From an uncultured Eubacterium sp. (GTDB lineage Bacteria; Bacillota; Clostridia; Lachnospirales; Lachnospiraceae), in NCBI GenBank assembly GCA_910579075.1, contig CAJTSV010000001.1, forward strand, positions 11,304 through 75,303: a DNA stretch of 64,000 bases, given 5' to 3'. This document shows positions 46,700 through 55,907 of the stretch, one piece after another. The translations under genes and the position numbers were made by a program. The first letter of the stretch is position 1. Each line of letters begins with the position of its first letter. The notes under the pieces are model-generated. The model was given only the letters and a program-made list of their open reading frames with translations, was not told where the DNA came from and searched no databases.

Positions 46700-46965
46700 G
46701 CTGTTTTTCTAATTTTGTTTAAAAATGCGGGATATGGAAGGCGGCTTGGATTATTATTGGCTGTTTTGCAGATTTCTATTACCAGAAATGAATTTTAGGT
46801 TTGCAGGGTCTGCCCCAGGGGCATTCACTGCAAAGTCCGTAAGAACGTGATTCAGGAGTGAGCAAATCCCATTCGCGAAGCGAATTTAAAATGGATTTGC
46901 GAAGGTTACTGGTCACAGAGTGAACAGTAACGTGCCGGATGCTTTCTCAGATTTGCATTCTGATT

Positions 46966-48018
46966 CTATACACTAATTACATAATGCTCCTTCCACTCAT
47001 TCATCATGCTGTATTTCAAGTATCCTTCACGCTGCAGCCTTCCAATCACAATGCCAGGCGCGATATTTATAGTACCGGCAAATTCGCAGATGCTGGAACT
47101 GGTAAAATTCTGCCTGCCAGTAAATTCTTTAAATGCATCCGCTGGAATCAGCATATCTTCAGACCAGGCATCAGCCGCTTTCTCGTCTTCCTGAGTCGTT
47201 CCATTCATCTGTCCAATATGTCCGAGGGCAATATGTGCCATCTCATGAAAAAAACTGAACCAGAACTTATCCGCATCTTTTCCCCTTGCTGTTAAACCTG
47301 TCACAATCCTGCTTCCATCTATAAAGGTAGCCCCCTGCAGAAACGAGCCTTGCAAATGAGGAAGAAAAACCAGTGCAACTCCGCATTCCGCAAGCATTAT
47401 TTTTAACTCTGGTGCAAAGACTGACGGTTTCATAACCGTTAACGCCCTTATATCAGGCAGAATGGCCAGCAGCTCCTTCATATTAACCGGTGCAGTTTCC
47501 ATGCTTCTTGCTTTCCTCTTTGCCTGCTGTGCCCAGGCCATCAGGGCCAGGTCGCTCTTTTGCGTAACAGCCAGCCTTCTGCAGGCAATTCTTGTAATCT
47601 GATTATTTTCAAGAAGTGAAAGCTCAGCTACTTCAAAATATTTTCTGAGATTTATGACTTTTTCTTTTGCATTCCTTGTCTCAGCAACCCATCCATACTT
47701 TGCCATTTCACGATACGGAAACTGCCCTGCTAAATACTCATCTGCATCCATCGCATTTTCTGCTTTAGCCTTAATTATTTTCTCACGATATTCTGACTCC
47801 AGATTATTCCAGAATTTTGCCGGCACGCCAAGCACCATTTCCAGTCTGAGAGCTGTTTCCTGAGTCAGCTGGACGTCTCCATTGATAAGCCTGCTGATAT
47901 GCTTTTCAGACATATCCATCCTTGCAGCAAATTCCTTCTGGCTCATTTCCCTGTCTTCCAGCTGCTCCTTAATTGTTGCTCCGGGCGGTACTGCAATATA
48001 ACTCTGACTTCTTATCAT
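46966..48018 (-). CDS. higA: HigA-type HTH antitoxin fused to an ImmA/IrrE (COG2856) zinc-metallopeptidase domain
   Basis: N-terminus VPPGATIKEQLEDREMSQKEFAARMDMSEKHISRLINGDVQLT. C-terminal half carries FFHEMAHIALGH (HEXXH). Confidence 0.75.
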   Translation of the reverse strand: MIRSQSYIAVPPGATIKEQLEDREMSQKEFAARMDMSEKHISRLINGDVQLTQETALRLEMVLGVPAKFWNNLESEYREKIIKAKAENAMDADEYLAGQFPYREMAKYGWVAETRNAKEKVINLRKYFEVAELSLLENNQITRIACRRLAVTQKSDLALMAWAQQAKRKARSMETAPVNMKELLAILPDIRALTVMKPSVFAPELKIMLAECGVALVFLPHLQGSFLQGATFIDGSRIVTGLTARGKDADKFWFSFFHEMAHIALGHIGQMNGTTQEDEKAADAWSEDMLIPADAFKEFTGRQNFTSSSICEFAGTINIAPGIVIGRLQREGYLKYSMMNEWKEHYVISV

Positions 48019-48050
48019 AGCGCTGCCTCCTGGTTTCTATCTATTCTATG

Positions 48051-48347
48051 TTAATGGTAATCCGCTATTTCCATAATATGTGCAATCTGGATTTCACTGC
48101 CATGCTTCTCAAAAACAAGCCTGTATGGATGAACCAAATCTACAGCATACTGCCCCTTTCTGTTATTCGTCAGCGGATGACATCTGCCAATGCGGAACTG
48201 AACCATCATTTCTATGGTATCTGCAGCTGTTATTTCTCCTATACGCATTTGGATTTTTTCTGCCATCTCCCTGCCATAGGAACGCTCTGCAGCCCTGGCA
48301 TTTGTACAAATTTTTTCAAGCTTCCTGCTTTTGTACGATATTTCCAC
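48051..48347 (-). CDS. higB: HigB / plasmid-maintenance killer family toxin (RelE/ParE superfamily)
   Basis: SRKLEKICTN..., CHPLTNNRKGQYAVDLVHPYRLVFEK..., and ends ..IADYH. GTG start after AGAGGTGG. Confidence 0.7.
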   Translation of the reverse strand: MEISYKSRKLEKICTNARAAERSYGREMAEKIQMRIGEITAADTIEMMVQFRIGRCHPLTNNRKGQYAVDLVHPYRLVFEKHGSEIQIAHIMEIADYH

Positions 48348-48386
48348 CCCGCCACCTCTTTCTGAATTAACCTCTAGGGTAAATTT

Positions 48387-48415
48387 ATTATACCATGTTC
48401 AAAATACACCGTCAA
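48387..48415 (-). promoter_or_regulatory. sigma-70 promoter of higBA
   Basis: Minus strand reads TTGACG-17 nt-TATAAT, about 35 nt upstream of the higB start. Confidence 0.65.
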
Positions 48416-48486
48416 GAAAAAGGGGCTGAAAAACACGACATACACATCCATCTTTTTCCGTTCCTGATTCTGGGATAACGGTGATT

Positions 48487-50832
48487 TCACCGGCACATTC
48501 TCCTGTGAAGCAGATACCAGAAAATCACCGCCGGAAACGCCAGGCAGGCAAGCCCCATGCCTGCATCCGCCACTGCAAACAGGGCTGCAGGCGCACCAGG
48601 GCTTCCTGCACACAGCGCGGCCTGTGCGATGCCTGCTGCCAGTACTGCTGCGGCGGCGTGGCATGCGCCTTCTTTTAACACCATGCCATACATTTCCTTC
48701 TTCCGGATGCCGATTTTATGCATTACGGCAAAATCTCTCCTGCGGCCCAGCAGATTTGTGAACACTGCATTAAAGTAAACCAGCAGCCCGGCCGATGCAC
48801 ATATGACGGCAAAAAATCCACGCATAATTTTCTGGGTACGGTCTGAATCGGCATATTTGCGCATCTGGCGGCTGGCACTGTGAAACGAACAGCCATATTC
48901 CTGTGCCAGGCGCTCTGCATCTGCTGTGACAGCTGCTTCCATTCCTTCTTTTACCCATATATTGATGACCTGCCTGGACTGGCTGCCTTTAAATGCACGC
49001 GCTGTTTCCCTGTCTACAATCAGCAGGTTTCCGCCCAGATGGCTTTCGGACAGTATGATATTGCGGGTGTCTGCAAGCGTCAGCCGGACACTTTCGCATT
49101 TCTTTTTGGAAGCGTTTGCGATTATCGGCTCATCGTACAGGGTAAACATATCGCCGGCTTTTAAGCCTAACGTTTCCGCCAGCCCGGTTTCCATTACAGC
49201 ATATCCGGCTCCTGTTTCTTCTCTGGCGTTATCGTCAGCAGCCAGTATCACATTGTAAAGACACTGCTGCTTTCCGTCTATCTGCTGCTCCATGTCCAGC
49301 ATTGTACGGTAATACCCGCCCTGTGGATTTAACTGCTGTTTTTCCGCGCACAAAAACACGCCCCTGTCATAATTGATTTCATATGCCTGCACCCAATCCA
49401 CGCCCGGATGCTGCCTGATTTGCTGCAATACCCGGCTGGATATGGAAGGAACGCTGCCGCCCATAATATTTTCAAAAATACTGCCGCAGGTCAGCTGCAG
49501 GTCTCCCGGTACATAATCTTTTACATAAAGAATCCCCGCATCGCTCTGATTATCCCGGATTCCCAGCATGCTGGCCAGAACTGCCGACAGGGAAAGCGTC
49601 AGGATTGCAGGAAGCATTTTCCTGCTTCTGTTTCTCTTTCCGGCACGCATTGTATCTGCAGGGAGAACATCCGGCAGCTGCACCAGAATCACTGCCACAG
49701 CTGGCAGGATGATAAGCACAAGCATAACAGCCGTATTCCTGATGCTTTCCCATGACAGCCCGGATGCCGCGATTCCAGCTGCATCATAAGACCGGACAAA
49801 GATATTCAGCACTTTTTTATAAATAACCCGGTTCACCAGAATTCCGGCCAGCATCCCCGGCACAGCTCCCATGCAGCCAAGCGCCAGAAATTCCGTTCCG
49901 GTAATTTTCAAAAGGTCAGCCCTTTGAAATCCGATTTTCCGCAAAGCAGCAAAGTCCCGCTTTTTTCCAAGAAGACGGATATAAAAAATATGGCAGGCAG
50001 CAGCAGCGCTTATCAGCCATACGGCCAGGTTCATTATCCGGTTCTGCTTTTTTAAGCTTCCGGTGTTTTCAGCAGCAGCCGCCAGCATAAAATTTTTCCG
50101 TGCATTCAGTGCCTGCGCTTTTTCGTCCGCATAGCCTAAATATGCATTCAGTTTTTCAAAGTCCCGTGATATATTTTCCTGGCTTTCAAACCGCACGAGC
50201 GCATCGGCCAGCACTTTTTGCTTTCGGATAACGGATTCAGCCAGTTTTTCTGATACATATCCCATCTTACGCTCCATAAAACCAGGCGCATTATCGATTA
50301 CCCCGACAGCCACAAGCTCCAGTCCCGGCATGCAAAACCGGATTTCTCCAGTGTCCGCATCCGCGGCTGTCAGATTTATGCAGACCGCATCCCCCAGCTT
50401 CAGCCTGTGCTGTTCCATATAGTTGTTGGTAAACACAGCTTCGTTTTCTTTTTCAGCCCACCGTCCTTCGATGGTCTGTTTCAGATTCCCGTCAGCTACT
50501 GCCGCACTTAAATCCCTGAAATTTTCATCAATATAAGCAAACGATGTCCCGTCCTCTGCCTGGCCGAGAGAAATGCTCCGCCCGGCCTGTGCCGTAAAGC
50601 TGCATTCTTTTATTTTTTCAAATTCTGCAAGTGTAATGCCATAATACGATACATGCTGGCTTCCTTCGAGCGCCCGTGCATTCTGCAGGTCTGTAATCCG
50701 GACATTTTCAAAAAGCTGGTTTCCGGTCAGAAGAAAGACCGTAACACAGCAGAGAAACAGCACTGTTAAAAAGGTGCTTCTTTTATCCGTTAAAAGATAT
50801 CCCTTCACGATGGTAATTATTTTCTGATTCAT
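48487..50832 (-). CDS. ABC transporter permease with two FtsX-type domains (MacB/BceB-like)
   Basis: 781 aa with multiple TM clusters separated by large loops. Overlaps the ATPase gene by 4 nt. Confidence 0.75.
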   Translation of the reverse strand: MNQKIITIVKGYLLTDKRSTFLTVLFLCCVTVFLLTGNQLFENVRITDLQNARALEGSQHVSYYGITLAEFEKIKECSFTAQAGRSISLGQAEDGTSFAYIDENFRDLSAAVADGNLKQTIEGRWAEKENEAVFTNNYMEQHRLKLGDAVCINLTAADADTGEIRFCMPGLELVAVGVIDNAPGFMERKMGYVSEKLAESVIRKQKVLADALVRFESQENISRDFEKLNAYLGYADEKAQALNARKNFMLAAAAENTGSLKKQNRIMNLAVWLISAAAACHIFYIRLLGKKRDFAALRKIGFQRADLLKITGTEFLALGCMGAVPGMLAGILVNRVIYKKVLNIFVRSYDAAGIAASGLSWESIRNTAVMLVLIILPAVAVILVQLPDVLPADTMRAGKRNRSRKMLPAILTLSLSAVLASMLGIRDNQSDAGILYVKDYVPGDLQLTCGSIFENIMGGSVPSISSRVLQQIRQHPGVDWVQAYEINYDRGVFLCAEKQQLNPQGGYYRTMLDMEQQIDGKQQCLYNVILAADDNAREETGAGYAVMETGLAETLGLKAGDMFTLYDEPIIANASKKKCESVRLTLADTRNIILSESHLGGNLLIVDRETARAFKGSQSRQVINIWVKEGMEAAVTADAERLAQEYGCSFHSASRQMRKYADSDRTQKIMRGFFAVICASAGLLVYFNAVFTNLLGRRRDFAVMHKIGIRKKEMYGMVLKEGACHAAAAVLAAGIAQAALCAGSPGAPAALFAVADAGMGLACLAFPAVIFWYLLHRRMCR

Positions 50833-51497
50833 GCGTCATGCCCCCTGCTTTCAATACCGCCATCCTCCAGGCGGATTACCTCGTCTGCGTCTTTTACCAG
50901 TGCTTCATTATGCGTGACCATCACAATACCCGTTTCATAGGTCTTCACCAGTTTTTTCAGCAAACCCATAACTATCCGCTCTGTTTTCGAATCCAGGTTT
51001 CCGGTCGGCTCATCGGCAAACAGAATGCGCGGATGATTCACAAGCGCCCTTGCAATTGCCGTTCTCTGCTGCTGTCCGCCGGAAAGCTGTCCGGGATAAA
51101 ACGCCTGGTATGTTTCAATTTCCAGCACATCCATCAGCTCACGGACATAGCCTGCATCCGGCTTAAGCTGCGGCAGCCGGATATTATCCAGCACCGTCAG
51201 CGATGGCAGCAGTTCGTATGCCTGAAAGATAAAGCCTGTTTTTTCCCGCCGCAGCCGTGTCCGTTTTTCCTCACTCAGGCTGAAGATATCCGTGCCGTCA
51301 ATCCAGACCTTTCCCTGTGAGGGGCAGTCCAGGCCAGCCAGAATATTTAAAAGCGTTGATTTCCCGGAACCGCTTCTCCCAAGCACGGCTGTAAAACTGC
51401 CCTTCTGAATACACAGTGATACACTGCGCAGTACCTGCAGGGATATTTCGTTCTGGGAATATGTTTTTGAAATATTTTCTGCCTTTAATACTTCCAT
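50829..51497 (-). CDS. ABC transporter ATP-binding protein
   Basis: Walker A GRSGSGKSTLLN, signature LSGGQQQR, Walker B ILFADEPTGNLD. I prefer the start at 51497 (MEVLKAENISKTY). Confidence 0.9.
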   Translation of the reverse strand: MEVLKAENISKTYSQNEISLQVLRSVSLCIQKGSFTAVLGRSGSGKSTLLNILAGLDCPSQGKVWIDGTDIFSLSEEKRTRLRREKTGFIFQAYELLPSLTVLDNIRLPQLKPDAGYVRELMDVLEIETYQAFYPGQLSGGQQQRTAIARALVNHPRILFADEPTGNLDSKTERIVMGLLKKLVKTYETGIVMVTHNEALVKDADEVIRLEDGGIESRGHDA

Positions 51498-51546
51498 AAA
51501 GATTCCCCGTCCTTTTTCACTATTTTTTACAGGCAAAATTGTGCGG

Positions 51547-52302
51547 TTACACACGCTCCGCCTGTTTCCTGATTTTTACATGCTCCATACGGTCTATGTC
51601 CCGCATGCTGGACACGTACTGTTCCAGCCGCCGGACTGCTTCCCCCATCCCGCAGACAGCTGTGTGAAAGCTGTCATACGGCAGCTTTAATACCGTTTCC
51701 TCTTTCTGGCTGGCGTCTTTCAGACAATCTGATTCCAGATATTCCAGATATCCCTTCAGCACGGTAAGCGGCGTGCGCAGGTCATGGGCCAGCGATGCGT
51801 ACAGCAGCCTTTCGTGCTGCATCAGCTCCCACGTCTTTTTCTTGCTGCGGCACAGCTCCCGGCGCATGCGCTCCATGGAATGACACAGTCTTCCAAGCTC
51901 GTCTTCGCTTTCATAGGAAATCGAAAAATCCAGATTATCCGATGTAATCCGGGTAATCCCATTGTGCAGCTCCCGGAGCGGCTTTTGCAGCTTCAGCCGG
52001 TAAACGGCACAGGATGAGGCTGTTATTCCAAGAAAGAAAATCCCGGCAGGCAGCACAGCCATGGCAGCATTGCAGCCATAGTACAGGGCAGCTTCTGAGG
52101 CTGTAAACGTTTCATATGCAAGTGTATTTTCCTGTTCATGGAAAACCAGCTTTTTCTCCCGCAGCATACTCTCCTGCAGCTGATGTATTTGGAAAACTGC
52201 CGCTCCTGTTAAAATCCCGGAGCACAAAAGCGCTGTAAAAAAAGCCAGCCCGATTGCTTTGCGTAACGGCATTGCGGAAAATTTCTTCTTTATTTTATCC
52301 AT
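51547..52302 (-). CDS. sensor histidine kinase lacking the HATPase_c catalytic domain (truncated)
   Basis: Two TM segments and an H-box (SLAHDLRTPLTVLKGYLEYL). The ORF ends at 251 aa, directly against the ABC gene, with no N/G1/F/G2 boxes. Confidence 0.65.
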   Translation of the reverse strand: MDKIKKKFSAMPLRKAIGLAFFTALLCSGILTGAAVFQIHQLQESMLREKKLVFHEQENTLAYETFTASEAALYYGCNAAMAVLPAGIFFLGITASSCAVYRLKLQKPLRELHNGITRITSDNLDFSISYESEDELGRLCHSMERMRRELCRSKKKTWELMQHERLLYASLAHDLRTPLTVLKGYLEYLESDCLKDASQKEETVLKLPYDSFHTAVCGMGEAVRRLEQYVSSMRDIDRMEHVKIRKQAERV

Positions 52303-52964
52303 TTATATCCAATCCCCCAGACTGTTTCGATATATGAAATATCCGTATAAGCGAGCAGCTTTTTACGGATATTGCGGATATGCTCCTTTACAACCATGCT
52401 GTCTCCTTCGCCGTCATAGCCCCAGACCTTTTCATAAATACTTTCCCGGCTGAATACCATGCCTGCGTTTTTGGAAAGAAACTGTATGATTTCAAACTCT
52501 TTATTTGAAAATGCAACTGGCTGCGTTTCCCAGAATACTGCATGGCTGCTGTAATCTATCGCGAGCTTTCCCTCAAAATGAAGCTCCGGCGCGGACTTCC
52601 TGCGTTCTTCGCGGCGCAGATGCGCCATAATCCTGGCCAGCAGTTCTTCCATTCCAAACGGTTTTGTAATGTAATCATCCCCGCCTGCCAGAAAGCCGTC
52701 CACCTTATCCTGTTCGGTAACCCTTGCCGTTAAAAACACAACCGGACAGCTGAGATGTTCCCGGATAAGCGCGCACAGCTCCAGCCCGTTCATGCCCGGC
52801 ATATTAATATCCAGCAGAATCAGGTCTGGTGCCCGTTCCAGGTATCTGAGCGCCTGTTCTGCTGAAAGTGCTGTGAATACCTCATACCCTTTTGCTTCCA
52901 GTGCCAGCTTCATCATGTCCGCAATTATTTTTTCATCGTCAATGACTAAAATCTTATGCTTCAT
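52290..52964 (-). CDS. OmpR-family response regulator
   Basis: MKHKILVIDDEK..DLILLDINMPGMNG, with a winged-helix C-terminus (..ETVWGIGYKW). ATG at 52964 follows GGGAGGAG. Confidence 0.9.
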   Translation of the reverse strand: MKHKILVIDDEKIIADMMKLALEAKGYEVFTALSAEQALRYLERAPDLILLDINMPGMNGLELCALIREHLSCPVVFLTARVTEQDKVDGFLAGGDDYITKPFGMEELLARIMAHLRREERRKSAPELHFEGKLAIDYSSHAVFWETQPVAFSNKEFEIIQFLSKNAGMVFSRESIYEKVWGYDGEGDSMVVKEHIRNIRKKLLAYTDISYIETVWGIGYKWIK

Positions 52965-53066
52965 GCCTGCTCCTCCCGGTGCAATTTTCCCTTTTATCAG
53001 GGATATTTTCCGAACCCTGGGATTATTATAAATGATAAATGACAAAAAAGAGACAAGATTTGTGAA

Positions 53067-53155
53067 GCTGTCGCATTAAGTAAATTTATACAAGATATAG
53101 TACAAAAACGATTTGAACAAACTATATCTTGTATCGTTTTTCTTAATGTGACAGC
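53067..53155. repeat. palindromic intergenic repeat, copy A (89 bp)
   Basis: gctgtcgcattaag..atacaagatatag / ctatatcttgtat..cttaatgtgacagc. The arms are similar to copies at 57447..57538 and 53901..53966. Confidence 0.7.
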
Positions 53156-53188
53156 CCAATGTCCTTTATTTTTTATAGAATAAAATCA

Positions 53189-53217
53189 TTGACGATACGC
53201 ACAATGCGCATTATAAT
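53189..53217 (+). promoter_or_regulatory. sigma-70 promoter of hicAB
   Basis: TTGACG-17 nt-TATAAT. The spacer contains the small palindrome gcgca-caa-tgcgc. Confidence 0.6.
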
Positions 53218-53270
53218 ATAATCAGCAAAACAGAAAGGAGAGATGCCATGAATGAATACGGAGGTATTGG

Positions 53271-53450
53271 ATGAAATTTCGAGAAATTGAAAATATGATA
53301 TTAAAAAACGGATGGTATCAAGTAAAGCAAAAAGGTTCACATCACCAATATAAACACCCGGCAAAACCCGGAAAAGTTACAATTCCAGAACATGGCGGGG
53401 ATTTGAATTCTGATACAGTAAAATCAATTATGAAACAGGCAGGACTTTAA
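53271..53450 (+). CDS. hicA: HicA mRNA-interferase toxin (59 aa; below the ORF-track cutoff)
   Basis: MKFREIENMILKNGWYQVKQKGSHHQYKHPAKPGKVTIPEHGGDLNSDTVKSIMKQAGL. GGAGGT RBS at 53260. hicB follows directly. Confidence 0.8.
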   Translation: MKFREIENMILKNGWYQVKQKGSHHQYKHPAKPGKVTIPEHGGDLNSDTVKSIMKQAGL

Positions 53451-53489
53451 GCCCTGATTGTTCATGCAATATAAAAGGAGGCAGCTATA

Positions 53490-53891
53490 TTGAAATTAAT
53501 TTATCCGGCTGTATTTAAGCCTTTTACAGATCAAAGCGGTGGATATGTAGTAGAATTTCCAGACTTACCCGGCTGTGTAACAGAGGGAAAAGACCTGGAA
53601 CAGGCTATCGAAATGGGAATTGACGCAGCCAGTGGCTGGATATTAGGAGAGCTTGAGGATGGAGAGAAAATTCCTCATGCTTCTGACTATTCGGAAATAA
53701 CTGCTGAAAATGGATGCATGGTAAATATGTTATTGTTAGACATAGATGCCTATGAAGAAAAATATGGTGAAAAAGCTGTAAGAAAAAACCTTACGATTCC
53801 TGCATGGCTGAATACGTTTGCTGAAAAAAATAATATCAATTTTTCCAAGCTTTTACAGGAAACATTATTCGCAATGGCACAGGCAAAATAA
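53490..53891 (+). CDS. hicB: HicB family antitoxin
   Basis: YPAVFKPFTDQSGGYVVEFPDLPGCVTEGKDLEQAIEMGIDAASGWI. TTG start. Confidence 0.8.
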   Translation: MKLIYPAVFKPFTDQSGGYVVEFPDLPGCVTEGKDLEQAIEMGIDAASGWILGELEDGEKIPHASDYSEITAENGCMVNMLLLDIDAYEEKYGEKAVRKNLTIPAWLNTFAEKNNINFSKLLQETLFAMAQAK

Positions 53892-53900
53892 ATGCAGAAA

Positions 53901-53966
53901 GCTGCCGCATGAAGCAGACTGATACAGCATATCGCTGGTTTCATATGTTTTGCTTCGTGCGGCAGC
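53901..53966. repeat. palindromic intergenic repeat, copy C (66 bp); likely a bidirectional terminator between hicB and cutC
   Basis: gctgccgcatgaagca ... tgcttcgtgcggcagc. The right arm is nearly identical to the left arm of copy B in reverse complement. Confidence 0.65.
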
Positions 53967-53985
53967 TCCCTTTTTCTTTTCCCGC

Positions 53986-54729
53986 TTATTCCGCTTCCCC
54001 GATGCTTTCTGACAGCTTTCTGACCAGCTCTGCGGAAACCACGTCGTAAGCCCCTTCATGCGGCGGGGCTGCAAAGGCGTAGGAAACGCCGTTTACTATC
54101 GTGGTCGTATCTTCCACCCAGTCCTTGCAGGAGCTGTGCACCTGGGTAATGCCGGTATCATCCATCAGCTTTCTGGCATTTGCGGCATGGATGCCGCTGC
54201 CGGCCAGAATCTCTATCTGATTGCCGTAGCGGGCCTGCAGCTCTTTTAAAAGCCCCGCCCCGTCGGCGGCTTTTGCTTTCTGCCCGCTGGTCAGTACCCG
54301 GTCAGCTCCCATTTCAATCAGCAGTTCCATGGACTGGCATGGATTTTTTGTACAGTCAAACGCCCGGTGGAACACGGCTTCTTTTCCGTATTCATGGATG
54401 ATGGAAATGAGGCGCTCGTTTTGTTCCCTGTTGATGGATGCATCCGGGTTCAGGCAGCCAAAGGCAATTCCGTCCGCCCCGTGGCTTGCCAGAAGGCGTG
54501 CATCCCGCTCCATAACGGCAAAATCTTCTTCGCAGTAGCAAAAGCCGCCGCCCCGCGGGCGCACCATTGCCACGGTTTTGATGCCGCAGTGTTCTTTTAC
54601 CAGCTCCAGCGTGCCCAGGGAAGGCGTCAGCCCGCCCAGATGCAGCCCGCTGTTTAATTCAATTCTCTTTGCGCCGCCAGATGCAGCCTGAAGTGCATCA
54701 TAATAGCTGCCACAGCATATTTCCAGCAT
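53986..54729 (-). CDS. cutC: CutC family protein
   Basis: MLEICCGSYYDALQAASGGAKRIELNSGLHLGGLTPS. 247 aa. Confidence 0.8.
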   Translation of the reverse strand: MLEICCGSYYDALQAASGGAKRIELNSGLHLGGLTPSLGTLELVKEHCGIKTVAMVRPRGGGFCYCEEDFAVMERDARLLASHGADGIAFGCLNPDASINREQNERLISIIHEYGKEAVFHRAFDCTKNPCQSMELLIEMGADRVLTSGQKAKAADGAGLLKELQARYGNQIEILAGSGIHAANARKLMDDTGITQVHSSCKDWVEDTTTIVNGVSYAFAAPPHEGAYDVVSAELVRKLSESIGEAE

Positions 54730-54743
54730 TTTCCTGCTCCTTT

Positions 54744-55895
54744 CTACAGCTGTCCCAGCCGATACAGTGCCAGTGCGTAGATTCTGGCATTTGCCATCAA
54801 ATCATCCACGGTCATCCATTCGTTCGGGTTATGCCCGATTCCCTTCTGTCCCGGGAAGCTCGGCCCGAACGGCACAATGCCGGGCAGCGCCTTTGCATAA
54901 GTCCCGCCCGTTGTCGTAACCGGGCTTCCGTCTTTTCCGGTCACGATTTCGTAGCTTTCCTGCAGCGCCTTTACCATAGGGCTGTCTTTCTCAAAGATAA
55001 CCGGGTTATAGTTCATATCCAGTTCTGCCTGCAGCCCGGCTTCCTGTGCCTTTGCCTGGATTTTTCCCATAATCTGCCCAATGGAAAACCCGCCCGGATA
55101 GCTGAGTGTCACGTCAAAGCTGACTTTATCCGAACTGCCGTCTTCCGTCTTCACGCACCCCAGTTTATAGCCACGCATTTCCATCACGCCGTATTCTTCA
55201 TGGAAAAAATCAATGCCCAGGCGGTCGCCCGTATTTTTCGCACCGATAAAGTATTCGTTTACAAAATGAAAAAACGGCTCCAGGTTTTCTTTCTCGCCAT
55301 AAATACGCACAACGGCACGGCCTCTCTCGCTGTATACGACCGGGTATTTGCAGTCCGGCGTAAAGCCATAAACCGGCGGTTTTTCTTTGGTGAGATAATA
55401 TTTCAAATCCTCAAAGCCGGATTCCTCATCACAGCCAAAAATAATGCGCACCGGGCGTTTTAATGAAAGGCCAAGCTTTTTGAGTGCTGCCAGCCCGTAA
55501 AGACAGGCCATCACAGGCCCCTTGTTATCCAGGACGCCCCGGCTGTATATCGTTCCGTTTTCCATATGCCCGCTAAACGGCGGCTGTTTCCAGCCTTCGC
55601 CCACAGGCACGACATCCACATGCCCGATGGCACAGGCATAGCCGTCTTCCCCCGTGCCGTACTGGGCATAGCCGATGTAATTATCCAGGCTCACTGTTTC
55701 AAAGCCAAGGCGGCTGCTGATATCCAGCGCCTTTAACAGTGCCTGCCTGACACCCGCGCCGAACGGGGCATCATTTGATGCCTCGCCTTCCACGCTGTCA
55801 ATCCGTACCAGCTCCAGAATGCTTTCAAGCATTTCATCCTGCAGGCTGTTTACGGCTTCTATAATACGCTCATCCAAGCTTACATTCAAGTCCAT
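54744..55895 (-). CDS. M20 family metallo-dipeptidase (PepV/Sapep-like)
   Basis: AIGHVDVVPVGEGWKQPPFSG..IYSRGVLDNKGP..GCDEESG. Confidence 0.75.
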   Translation of the reverse strand: MDLNVSLDERIIEAVNSLQDEMLESILELVRIDSVEGEASNDAPFGAGVRQALLKALDISSRLGFETVSLDNYIGYAQYGTGEDGYACAIGHVDVVPVGEGWKQPPFSGHMENGTIYSRGVLDNKGPVMACLYGLAALKKLGLSLKRPVRIIFGCDEESGFEDLKYYLTKEKPPVYGFTPDCKYPVVYSERGRAVVRIYGEKENLEPFFHFVNEYFIGAKNTGDRLGIDFFHEEYGVMEMRGYKLGCVKTEDGSSDKVSFDVTLSYPGGFSIGQIMGKIQAKAQEAGLQAELDMNYNPVIFEKDSPMVKALQESYEIVTGKDGSPVTTTGGTYAKALPGIVPFGPSFPGQKGIGHNPNEWMTVDDLMANARIYALALYRLGQL

Positions 55896-55907
55896 GATAC
55901 ACGATTC

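Noticed and set aside
46800-46931. c-di-GMP (GEMM) riboswitch upstream of the flgM operon
   Set aside because: I could not find the conserved GEMM-I or GEMM-II core motifs in either strand. The region is kept only as an unexplained structured segment.
48374-48678. 96-aa minus-strand and 65-aa plus-strand ORFs at the 3' end of the ABC permease
   Set aside because: They overlap the C-terminal TM region of the permease in other frames. Their Arg/Cys/Gly-rich text is typical of out-of-frame translation.
53173-53364. 63-aa minus-strand ORF
   Set aside because: It is antisense to the hicA promoter and coding region. The plus-strand 59-aa HicA reading is strongly supported by motif, RBS and the adjacent hicB.
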